Origin: Armatimonadia bacterium
GTDB lineage: Bacteria; Armatimonadota; Zipacnadia; Zipacnadales; UBA11051
DNA: 23,513 bases
Assembly: GCA_039683575.1 (NCBI GenBank)
Contig: JBDKRC010000210.1
Span: 1 to 23,513, forward strand
Reading direction: 5' to 3'
Part shown: positions 1 through 8,001 of the stretch, in pieces
Numbering within the stretch: the first letter of the stretch is position 1
Layout: every line of letters begins with the position of its first letter
Made by a program: the position numbers and the translations under genes
Notes under the pieces: generated by a model
What the model was told of the DNA's origin: nothing
What the model saw: only the letters and a program-made list of their open reading frames with translations
Databases searched by the model: none

Positions 1-612
1 CTCCCCACCCGCAATCCGGTACCCGCCACGCACATCCTGCCCCCCGCTCTTGCGCAGCTCCAGCGCCATCTGCAAGCCCTGCCCCGGCTGCCAACTCGGC
101 GCCGGCGTTTCCAGCGTCACAAACGTAAAGGGCCCATAGCCCGGCCCGTGATAAGGCTGGTTGGCCACGATCAAGGCAAACTGCAGCTTCCCCTTCCCGC
201 CACGCTGCCAGGTGCAGCTCCAGGCCACCTTCTCCCCCGCCCCTGCCAGCGGATGCCCCTCCAGCCGCTGCGTCGGCGTCAGCGTCAGCGACACCGTGCC
301 ATTCTCATTGGGCTGCCCGGACCGGTCCTCCATTGACAGCACGTTCGCCTCCAGCCGCAGCCCCGGCCCCTGCGCGGGATCAAACCCTGCCACCCGTTTG
401 GCCGTGTCGGGCAGCGCACAGCCGGTCATGAGCCCAAAGCACCGCCCAAAGTCCGCCACCTGCCGCTCCAGCCGGTTCGCGACGAGGAACTCCGCCGGCA
501 CGTCCAGGTAGACCCGCGGCGTCCCCCCGCCGAAAACCTCAACCTCAGCCGCCCCGGCCACAGCACTTGCCGCCAGAGCCATCAGCAGAGCGAACCAGAA
601 AATGACGCGCAT
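1..612 (-). CDS. Secreted hypothetical protein, N-terminal 204 aa (runs off the window start)
   Basis: Hand translation from ATG at 612 is open to base 1: MRVIFWFALLMALAASAVAGAAEVEVFGGGTPRVYLDVPAEFLV... It has a Sec-type signal peptide and a purine-rich GAGGTGAAGG upstream. It is absent from the ORF track because there is no stop in the window. Confidence 0.85.
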   Translation of the reverse strand, partial: MRVIFWFALLMALAASAVAGAAEVEVFGGGTPRVYLDVPAEFLVANRLERQVADFGRCFGLMTGCALPDTAKRVAGFDPAQGPGLRLEANVLSMEDRSGQPNENGTVSLTLTPTQRLEGHPLAGAGEKVAWSCTWQRGGKGKLQFALIVANQPYHGPGYGPFTFVTLETPAPSWQPGQGLQMALELRKSGGQDVRGGYRIAGGE

Positions 613-691
613 GTGGACCTTCACCTCTTGCGGCAAGTGTACCGTCCGCCCCCGCCTTCTGTAAACAACAACACCGACCCACGCCTCTCCG

Positions 692-734
692 GCCGTATCC
701 TCCCCATCCTTCTATCCTTACATCCTGTGAATTC
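692..734 (+). repeat. ATCC 8-9-mer periodic repeat, copy A
   Basis: GCCGTATCCTCCCCATCCTTCTATCCTTACATCCTGTGAATTC, with ATCC at 697, 706, 714 and 722; blocks recur at 8258-8308. Confidence 0.75.
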
Positions 735-785
735 AAGGTCCCGCCCCCCCTGGCGGCGAACCTCTCTCCTCTGGAGGTCCCACCC

Positions 786-1481
786 ATGCCCCTGCACGGC
801 CCCTATGAGCAGCTTCGCCCCGCTGAGATCGATGCCATCATCAGCGAATCGGGAATTGCCTACCTCCCGTGGGGCGCTCTCGAATGGCACAGCCTCCACA
901 ACCCCATCGGCCTTGACGCCCTCAAAATCCACGGTCTCGCCCTCGACTGCGCCGCGGCAACCGGCGGCGTGGTGCTCCCTGTCGTCTACGCGGGCTTTCA
1001 GACCATGAAGCCCCACGCAGGCTTCAAACACACCATCGAGGTCCCCGCCGAAGTCATCGCCGGTCTCGCCAACGCCTACTTCGACCAGCTTGCGGACGAA
1101 GGCTTCCGCCTGCTGGTGCTTATGATGGGCCACTATGGCCCCGAGCACGTCAAGATTCTGCGTTTCGCCGCCGAGAACTGGGAACGCTACCGGGCCAAGG
1201 GCAGCCCCATGCGCATCTGGGCCTTCCCCGAGTACGAGGTCATCCGCGACGACGGCTACAGCGGCGACCACGCCGGGGCCTACGAGACGTCCCTCCTGAT
1301 GCACTACCACCCGGACCTCGTTGACACCTCCCGGCTGCCCGCGGGCGACCTCGACGGCAAGTCCCTTGGCCTCAGCGGCGACGACCCGCGCTCCAATGCC
1401 AGCGCCGAATATGGTAAACTACTGGCTGACCTGATTGTCAAAAGAGTATCAGAGGGCATAGCGAGCCGTCTAACGTCATAA
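786..1481 (+). CDS. Creatininase / creatinine amidohydrolase family metal-dependent amidohydrolase
   Basis: Motifs PWGALEWHSLHNPIGLD (cf. GSxEQHGPHLPxGTD), MGHYG (cf. NGHGG) and DHAGAYETS; GGAGG RBS upstream. Confidence 0.9.
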   Translation: MPLHGPYEQLRPAEIDAIISESGIAYLPWGALEWHSLHNPIGLDALKIHGLALDCAAATGGVVLPVVYAGFQTMKPHAGFKHTIEVPAEVIAGLANAYFDQLADEGFRLLVLMMGHYGPEHVKILRFAAENWERYRAKGSPMRIWAFPEYEVIRDDGYSGDHAGAYETSLLMHYHPDLVDTSRLPAGDLDGKSLGLSGDDPRSNASAEYGKLLADLIVKRVSEGIASRLTS

Positions 1482-1489
1482 GTACTGTC

Positions 1490-1553
1490 TGTCATTCTGA
1501 GCCCGGACGTATTCGTCCGGCCCGGACGTATCCGTCTGCCAAGTGAAGGATCT
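1490..1553 (+). repeat. TGTC-ended palindromic element, left arm only, with a tandemly duplicated inserted hairpin
   Basis: TGTCATTCTGAG-CCCGGACGTATTCGTCCGG-CCCGGACGTATCCGTCTG-CCAAGTGAAGGATCT matches the left arms at 4371, 5007, 11329 and 23399. Confidence 0.8.
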
Positions 1554-1589
1554 CTCTTCCGCTCCTGCTTCACACGAAAGGACCCGCGC

Positions 1590-2945
1590 ATGCGCAAAAC
1601 CGTCCTGCTGGGCCTACTTCTCCTCACCATCCGGCCCCTTTGCGCCGCTCCGAACCTCCCCATCCTCGACCCCGCACGCGTGGTTGAGAAGAAGCTCCCC
1701 AACGGCATGGGCCTTGTCGTCAAGGAGGAGCGCCAGTGGCCGGTCGTCGCCCTGGGTATGTACATCAAGGCCGGCAGCCTCTATGAGTACCCGGCCGACG
1801 CCGGCGCCGCGCATCTGGTCGAGCACCTGCTGTTTGAGACCAACGGCACCGACGAGCAGAAGCTGGCGCCCTTCATCGAATCGCTCGGCGGCCGCATCAG
1901 CGCCACCACTTTGCGCGATTTCGTCCACGTAGACGTTGTCATCGCCAGTCGCTATCTCGAGCAAGTGCTCCCGGTTCTCCTCAAGGCGGTCTTCGAAGGC
2001 AAGTTCACCGAGCAGCAGATGATGCGCGAGGTCGCGGTCATCAAGCGCGAGATGACGGACCGCGCCGACCGCGTTGATCTCTACCTCGACGAGATGATCT
2101 GGCAACTGGCGTACAAGACCCACCCGTACGGACGGCCGATTGGCGGCACGGGGCCCGGCCTCTCATCTCTTACCTTCGACACCCTCAACGCCTTCCGCCG
2201 TCGCTTCTACGTCCCCAACAATGTCTCACTCGTCGCTGCCGGCGATGTCGATCCCGCCTGGCTCGAGTCCCGCGTCAAAGAGCTAACTGCCTCCTATGCA
2301 GCGCGCGATGTCGGCTGGCAGCCGCCACAGGCTGAAGCCCCGCTCACCGAACCCCGCGTCAAGGCTGAGACGCTCAGCAGGGATGTCACTCTACTCGCCT
2401 TCGCCTGGCGCGGCCCCGGCATCGCTGACAAGCCCGACGTTTGCGCCATGGACCTCATTTTCACGATCCTTGGTCAGGGCGCCATCGGCCGCCTCAACCG
2501 CGATCTCGTCGAAGACAAGAAGCTCATTCTCACCGCCGACGTGGACTTTCTGACGCAGAAGTACCCCGGCCTGGTGGTGGTGAGCGCGCTTATGCCAGCG
2601 GGGCGCGAGATTGAGTCCGAGGCCGCCATCCTCGACGAGGTCAAGCGCCTGGGCGATGAGCCCCTCACGGAAGCAGAACTCGATCAGGCCAAGCGGTTGC
2701 TGTACACCGAGTATGCCTTCAGCAACGAGTCCTACGATGATCAGGTAGGCTCGATGGGCTTCTATGCCGCCATTGATGACTACCGCTTCGCCCTGGACTA
2801 CATCGACCAGGTCATGAAGATCACCCCGGCCCAGCTCCAACAGGTGGCCCGCAAGTACCTTCGCCAGGACAACTACAGCCTCGCCATTCTGCGCGGCAAG
2901 AAGGCCAACAGCGCCCCGGAGGAAGCGGCGATGCTAACATGGTAA
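1590..2945 (+). CDS. M16B (pitrilysin/insulinase family) zinc peptidase, catalytic subunit, exported
   Basis: Signal peptide, LPNG start of the M16 domain, inverted zinc motif HLVEH (HxxEH), HPYGRPIGG and FYVPNN. Confidence 0.93.
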   Translation: MRKTVLLGLLLLTIRPLCAAPNLPILDPARVVEKKLPNGMGLVVKEERQWPVVALGMYIKAGSLYEYPADAGAAHLVEHLLFETNGTDEQKLAPFIESLGGRISATTLRDFVHVDVVIASRYLEQVLPVLLKAVFEGKFTEQQMMREVAVIKREMTDRADRVDLYLDEMIWQLAYKTHPYGRPIGGTGPGLSSLTFDTLNAFRRRFYVPNNVSLVAAGDVDPAWLESRVKELTASYAARDVGWQPPQAEAPLTEPRVKAETLSRDVTLLAFAWRGPGIADKPDVCAMDLIFTILGQGAIGRLNRDLVEDKKLILTADVDFLTQKYPGLVVVSALMPAGREIESEAAILDEVKRLGDEPLTEAELDQAKRLLYTEYAFSNESYDDQVGSMGFYAAIDDYRFALDYIDQVMKITPAQLQQVARKYLRQDNYSLAILRGKKANSAPEEAAMLTW

Positions 2946-4315
2946 CGTTCCCCCGCCGTTCGCTGGGAGTGCGGACCTCCCTGTCCGCTCTCGCCGTTCT
3001 GCTCCTGGCCGCCTCCCTGGCCTGCGCTGCCCCGCGCCACGCCCGCGCGGTACTTCCCAACGGCCTTACGGTCATCGCGGTGGAAGACCCCACCAGCGCC
3101 GTCGCGGCCTTCCATCTGGCCATCCGGGTAAACCCGACCAGCATCCCGGACAAGAAGTCCGGGATCACGGCGCTAAGCCAGCAAGCCTTCCAGTATGCGC
3201 TGCAGGACGCGCTCAGGAACCCGGCTAACGCCACCTTTGGCGACGAGATCCGCGGCACCCGCTCGGTAATGGGCTTCAACACCGAAATCGACTACTGCGA
3301 AGCTCGTGGCCAGTTTGTCAACGACTCGCTCCAGCCTGCCCTGAAGCTCCTCGCCGGCCTTGTCTTCGTAGATCAGCCCATCACAGAGGCTCTTGTCTCA
3401 CGCTCCCGCGACGCCCTTACCAACGTCGCCAACGACAGCGCCAGCAATGTTGTTGAGTGTACGTACTACCGCTTCCTGCGCGCCTTCTACGGCACCGGCT
3501 CGCCGTATGCCCGGCCGGTCCACGGGACCCAAGAGACGCTGGCCAACCTGACTGCCAGCGATATTCAGGGGTTCCGGACGACCTTCATCGGCCCGAACAA
3601 CGCCATTCTGACGCTCGTGGCTCCGCGCTCTCCCCAGGACCTGATCCGGCTGGCCACCGACACCTTCGGCAGCTGCCGCAGGTCGCTGAGTGACACCCGG
3701 CTCACGCCTCCGCCTCTCCCGGAGGACTCTCGGGTCTCCGTTGCCGCTCTGGAGGACTGGCGAGGAGCCTCGGTAATGGTCGGTGTTCCTCTGGCCACCT
3801 TCGGCACGCCCGACTTTCTCAAGGCCCAGTTGATCTTCACCCTCCTCGAAGGCAAATACGGCCGCCTGCAGCGTGACGAAAACCTCCGTGGCACCATGGG
3901 CCTCAACCGGCTCATGGACAGGGAATACCAGCCCAGCGTCACCGTGCTGCCGCCCAGCGCTTCCCCGTGCCCCTACCTGGCCATGCACACCCTCGCCATG
4001 CCGCGCCTGATCGAGCCGGCCCGGGTAGCGATGCTCCAGCACTTGCTCGCGTTCACCCAGGATGCCCCGTCGCCTGAGGAACTGCAGGCGGCCAAGAACC
4101 GCCTGCTCAACGCCTACGCGCTGCTCGACCTCTCCCGCCTCAACCTCGCCCGCAGCGTCACGTGTTATGAGCTGTACGGGCAGGACTACCGCCGCTCGTG
4201 GAGCATGGAGGAAGAGCTAAGGGCGCTCACCGGGGATTCCCTGGTAGCTTTCGCCAAACAGTACTTCAACCGTCACGCGGTAGGCCTGATAATGCCCGGG
4301 GACGAGACGGAGTAG
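2939..4315 (+). CDS. M16B peptidase-like non-catalytic partner subunit, exported
   Basis: Signal peptide, LPNGLTVI, PYARPVHGT and FIGPNN; the HxxEH position reads ALSQQ; overlaps the upstream gene by 7 nt. Confidence 0.85.
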   Translation: MVTFPRRSLGVRTSLSALAVLLLAASLACAAPRHARAVLPNGLTVIAVEDPTSAVAAFHLAIRVNPTSIPDKKSGITALSQQAFQYALQDALRNPANATFGDEIRGTRSVMGFNTEIDYCEARGQFVNDSLQPALKLLAGLVFVDQPITEALVSRSRDALTNVANDSASNVVECTYYRFLRAFYGTGSPYARPVHGTQETLANLTASDIQGFRTTFIGPNNAILTLVAPRSPQDLIRLATDTFGSCRRSLSDTRLTPPPLPEDSRVSVAALEDWRGASVMVGVPLATFGTPDFLKAQLIFTLLEGKYGRLQRDENLRGTMGLNRLMDREYQPSVTVLPPSASPCPYLAMHTLAMPRLIEPARVAMLQHLLAFTQDAPSPEELQAAKNRLLNAYALLDLSRLNLARSVTCYELYGQDYRRSWSMEEELRALTGDSLVAFAKQYFNRHAVGLIMPGDETE

Positions 4316-4370
4316 GGTCTTACGTTGTCTGTCTTCCGTGTTCGCCGTTTCGCCCGCTTCACAACAGACT

Positions 4371-4453
4371 TGTCATTCTGAGCGTCCGCACGTCCCCGTG
4401 CGGCAAGCGAAGAATCCCCCCACCGGAGATCCTTCACTTCGTTCAGGATGACA
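4371..4453. repeat. TGTC-ended long palindromic element with inserted hairpin
   Basis: TGTCATTCTGAGC-GT-CCGCACGTCCCCGTGCGG-CAAGCGAAGAATC...GATCCTTCACTTCGTTCAGGATGACA. Confidence 0.9.
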
Positions 4454-4507
4454 ACCCGGTCGCCTTTCACGTTTCACGTCCCTTCCTCTCCCTCCCGGAG
4501 GTCCAAA

Positions 4508-4963
4508 ATGATTGACGGCGTGATAATCAAACCGCTCAAGCGTCTGCTCGACGAACGGGGCTATCTCATGGAGATACTCCGCTCTGATGAGGAGCTTTTC
4601 CAGAAATTCGGCCAGGCTTACATCTCCGCCTGTTTCCCGGGCATGGTCAAAGCCTGGCACTGCCACGAACGCCAATATGACCATTTTTGCTGCGTGCAGG
4701 GCAACCTGAAGGTGGGCCTGTACGATGACCGCCCCGGCAGCCCCACTCGCGGCACCACGGACACGGTGGTCATTGGCGTGCTAAACCCGGCCCTGGTCCG
4801 CATCCCACCCTATGTGTGGCACGGCTTCATGGCAGCGGGCCCGGAGACCGCGGTGGTCCTGAACCTCCCCACGGAGCCCTACAACCCGAACAATCCCGAC
4901 GAACTCCGTCGCCCGGCCCTCGATCCGGCCATTCCCTTCCAATGGAAGAAAGAGGGCTGGTAA
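4508..4963 (+). CDS. dTDP-4-dehydrorhamnose 3,5-epimerase (RmlC)-family cupin
   Basis: MIDGVII...DERGYLME, KAWHCH, LYDDRPGSPT, IPPYVWHGF. Start moved to ATG 4508 (GGAGG RBS) because the longer ORF start lies inside a repeat. Confidence 0.88.
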   Translation: MIDGVIIKPLKRLLDERGYLMEILRSDEELFQKFGQAYISACFPGMVKAWHCHERQYDHFCCVQGNLKVGLYDDRPGSPTRGTTDTVVIGVLNPALVRIPPYVWHGFMAAGPETAVVLNLPTEPYNPNNPDELRRPALDPAIPFQWKKEGW

Positions 4964-5006
4964 CCAATCACACGTCTCACGTTTCACGTGCGCACGCCAA
5001 CCAGCT

Positions 5007-5094
5007 TGCCATCCTGGGCCCGCACGTACCCGTGCGGCAAGCGAAGGATCCCCTCGCTACCCACCCGAGATTCTTCGCTTCGCTCAGAATGACA
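5007..5094. repeat. TGTC-ended long palindromic element with inserted hairpin
   Basis: TGCCATCCTGGGC-CCGCACGTACCCGTGCGG-CAAGCGAAGGATC...GATTCTTCGCTTCGCTCAGAATGACA. Confidence 0.9.
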
Positions 5095-5122
5095 ACCCAC
5101 CACCCGCCGTTTGCCTTTGTCG

Positions 5123-5157
5123 CCCAACATAAGACGTAAGACACCAAACACAAGACC
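5123..5157 (+). repeat. Degenerate 7-mer tandem run
   Basis: CCCAACA TAAGACG TAAGACA CCAAACA CAAGACC; related 7-mer runs at 4465-4478 and 4968-4988, and an inverted one at 4315-4342. Confidence 0.6.
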
Positions 5158-5166
5158 CCAACCACC

Positions 5167-6321
5167 ATGTCCCAAAAACGCCTTCTCATTCTTGGCTCCA
5201 CCGGCTCCATCGGCCGCCAGACACTTGACCTCGTCAACGAGCATCCTGACCGCCTGCAGGTCGTCGGCCTCGCCGCCGGCACCGACCACGCCACGCTCGT
5301 GGCCCAGGCCCAACAGTACGGCGTCGGCGATTGCTGCCTGACCAGCGAATCAGCCGCTGCCCAGGCCGCCCAGGAACTCCCGGACGTCACCATGCACTCC
5401 GGCCCGGCTGGTCTTGACCGTCTCATCGCCGACACCTCCGCCGACCTCGTCATCGGGGGCATCTCCGGCGGCGCTGGCCTGCGGCCCCTCGCTGCCTGTC
5501 TCCGGCGGGGCCTTGACGTCGCTCTCGCCAACAAGGAGCCCCTCGTGATGGCCGGCGGCGTGGTCACCACCCTCGCCGACCGCCACGGCGCGCGCCTGCT
5601 TCCGGTGGACAGCGAACTCTCCGCCATCTTCCAGTGCCTTCAGGGCCAGCCGCATAGTGCCATCGAGCGCATCCTGCTCACTGCTTCCGGCGGCCCCTTC
5701 GCCAAGCTCTCCCGCGCCGAACTGGCGCATGTGACTGCCGCCCAGGCGCTCAACCACCCCACCTGGAAGATGGGCCGCAAGGTGACCATCGACTCGGCCA
5801 CCCTCGCCAACAAGGGTTTTGAGATCTTTGAGACCAAGTGGCTCTTCAACGTGGACTTCCGCCAGATCGAGGTCGTCGTCCACCACCAGAGCATCATCCA
5901 CTCGCTCGTGGAGTTCCACGACAGCAGTATTCTCGCCCAGATCGGCCTGCCAGACATGCGCACGCCGATCCAGTACGCGCTTTTCTACCCCGAGCGGGTG
6001 AAGAACACCCTCCCGCGCCTCAACCTCGCCGAGGTGGCGCAACTGACCTTCGCCTCTCCCGACACCGACAAGTTCCCCTGTCTCGCGCTTGCCCGCCAGG
6101 CAGCCGAGTCCGGGGGTGGCTATCCTGCGATCCTGAACGGCGCCGATGAGCGCGCAGTCGAGCTCTTCCTGGAAGCCCGCATCGGCTTCCTGCAGATTCC
6201 CGACCTGATCGAGCGGGCGCTGAACGCCTATCCGGGTGGAACTGTCAAAGACCTGGAAGACGCGCTCGCGGCGGACAAATGGGCGCGTGACTACGTCTCT
6301 CGCACTATCCAAAACGCGTAG
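5167..6321 (+). CDS. dxr: 1-deoxy-D-xylulose 5-phosphate reductoisomerase
   Basis: LGSTGSIG, LANKE, PVDSE, LTASGGPF, HPTWKMGRKVTIDSAT, NKGFE; synteny with rseP-ispG-proS. Confidence 0.98.
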   Translation: MSQKRLLILGSTGSIGRQTLDLVNEHPDRLQVVGLAAGTDHATLVAQAQQYGVGDCCLTSESAAAQAAQELPDVTMHSGPAGLDRLIADTSADLVIGGISGGAGLRPLAACLRRGLDVALANKEPLVMAGGVVTTLADRHGARLLPVDSELSAIFQCLQGQPHSAIERILLTASGGPFAKLSRAELAHVTAAQALNHPTWKMGRKVTIDSATLANKGFEIFETKWLFNVDFRQIEVVVHHQSIIHSLVEFHDSSILAQIGLPDMRTPIQYALFYPERVKNTLPRLNLAEVAQLTFASPDTDKFPCLALARQAAESGGGYPAILNGADERAVELFLEARIGFLQIPDLIERALNAYPGGTVKDLEDALAADKWARDYVSRTIQNA

Positions 6322-6408
6322 TGCGGGCGTCTCGCCCGCCTCGGCGTAGGACATAGCGACGTCCGCGAAGGCCGTTTCCGCTGTAGGGCGGGGCATGGCG
6401 ATGTCTGC
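6318..6408 (+). repeat. Cluster of three GTAG-tagged REP-like hairpins
   Basis: GTAGT-GCGGGCG-TCT-CGCCCGC (6318-6339), GTAGGACATAGCGACGTCC (from 6346) and GTAGGGCGGGGCATGGCGATGTCTGC (from 6383); the last two are imperfect. Confidence 0.7.
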
Positions 6409-6537
6409 ATCGCAGCTCGTACCCCGCCTGCCGTCATCACCTATCAACTGTCGTACCGCCCCGTTTCGGGGGCACCTAACAACCATCGCGAAGCGTTGAC
6501 TCCCTCCGAGTCCGCCCTATCGACACAAAGGTAACCA

Positions 6538-7962
6538 ATGATCCAGACCGCCCTTAGCTACCTCAACAGCGCCGCTGCCGTCATCGTCGTCCTCGGCCTT
6601 TGTCTCCTCTGCCATGAAGCCGGCCACTTCGCCTTTGCCAAGCTCTTCAAGATGCAGGTCGAGGAGTTCGCGTTCGGCTTTGGTCGCGCGATCTGGCAGC
6701 GTCGCCGTGGCGAGACCGTCTACCGTTGGAACCTCATCCCCTTCGGCGGCTATGTGCGCATCGCCGGCATGGAACCCGGAGCCGAGGATGTCCCTCGGGG
6801 CTTCCACGCCTATGCCCGCTGGAAGGGTGCGCTGGTCATAGTCGCCGGCAGCATCATGAACATCCTGCTCGCCCTGGTGCTCTTCACTATCGTCACAATG
6901 TGGACCGGGATACCCGATCCCACCGATCAGGGCATCTACATCAACAAGATCTCCGCCGGCACTCCGGCCTCCAAGGTTGATCTCAAACCCGGCGACGAGA
7001 TCATCGGCGTGGACGACCAGCGCCTCTCGCTGGACATCGCCAAGGTTGCTCCGAACTCGCCCGCCGCCAAGGCCGGTCTCCGTCCGCGCCTCGCCATTGA
7101 CCGCGTCGGCCAGAGCGAGGTCTTCACTCCGAGTGACCTTCTGGACGCGCTGGCGCCCTTCGCCGGCCGAACCGCCAAGGTGGAGCTGATTGACTACGAC
7201 GCCAAGCAACTCGGCGAGGAGTTCAAGATAGTCAACCTCCCGGTCCCGGCTGGCCTCGCGGTTGCCGCAAGTGCCAGTTCAGCGCTACCCCCCGATTACG
7301 CCGCCCTCCTCCAGCGCCACCTCGGCCTGACCTTCGACCGCCTCCACCAGGGCTCGCTCGTCGGTTACATAGCCGCCCGCCCTTCGCGAGCGGTCACTAT
7401 CACCGTCCGCCGCGACGGTCAGACGCTCAACGTCCCTGTGACTACCGCCGTCGGCAACGGCCGCTACGCCGCCCGCGATGAGAAGGGCATGCTCTACTCG
7501 CGCATCCGCCCCATCGGCCGCATCGGCGTGGTCCTCCGCGGCGCCACCAAGCCGGTCAACTTCCCCACTGCCGTCAAGATCGGTGCCCTGCGTACCGAAC
7601 AGGCCGCGGCCACGGTCATCATCTCCGTGCAGATGATGGTCCGCAAGCAGGTCGAGGCCGAACTCGCCGGCCCCGTGGCGATCATGGCCATTAGCGTCGA
7701 GCGTTCCCGCATCGGCTGGGACGCGGTCCTCAACTGGGGCGGCATCATCAGCTCCATCCTGGCGGTAATGAACCTCTTCCCGATCCCGCCGTTCGACGGC
7801 TTCAAAGCCGTCCTGATAGGCATCGAGGCCATAATCCGCCAACGCGTCAGCCCGAAGCTGGAATGGGTCATGAGCATAATAGGCGTGGCCTTCGTCCTGT
7901 TCCTGTTCGTGGTCCTGACGTTCAAGGACCTGAGCAACCTGATCCGCTTCGGGACGCCGTAA
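6538..7962 (+). CDS. rseP: RIP metalloprotease RseP (M50B site-2 protease with PDZ domains)
   Basis: HEAGH zinc motif, FGFG, IPFGGYVRIAG, AGSIMN, PDZ motifs, AGPVAI and NLFPIPPFDG; lies between dxr and ispG. Confidence 0.95.
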   Translation: MIQTALSYLNSAAAVIVVLGLCLLCHEAGHFAFAKLFKMQVEEFAFGFGRAIWQRRRGETVYRWNLIPFGGYVRIAGMEPGAEDVPRGFHAYARWKGALVIVAGSIMNILLALVLFTIVTMWTGIPDPTDQGIYINKISAGTPASKVDLKPGDEIIGVDDQRLSLDIAKVAPNSPAAKAGLRPRLAIDRVGQSEVFTPSDLLDALAPFAGRTAKVELIDYDAKQLGEEFKIVNLPVPAGLAVAASASSALPPDYAALLQRHLGLTFDRLHQGSLVGYIAARPSRAVTITVRRDGQTLNVPVTTAVGNGRYAARDEKGMLYSRIRPIGRIGVVLRGATKPVNFPTAVKIGALRTEQAAATVIISVQMMVRKQVEAELAGPVAIMAISVERSRIGWDAVLNWGGIISSILAVMNLFPIPPFDGFKAVLIGIEAIIRQRVSPKLEWVMSIIGVAFVLFLFVVLTFKDLSNLIRFGTP

Positions 7963-8001
7963 CAGGCCCGCTTCTCGCCGCAGCCGTAGACCTTCATCTC
8001 A

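Noticed and set aside
148-511. Short plus-strand ORFs at the window start
   Set aside because: The real gene is the open minus-strand frame from 612, which has an RBS and signal peptide.
4448-4507. N-terminal extension of the RmlC-like ORF (also 13150-13341, 15022-15102 and 11420-11455 for other genes)
   Set aside because: The upstream starts lie in repeats or spacers; the downstream starts have an RBS and/or give proper N-termini.
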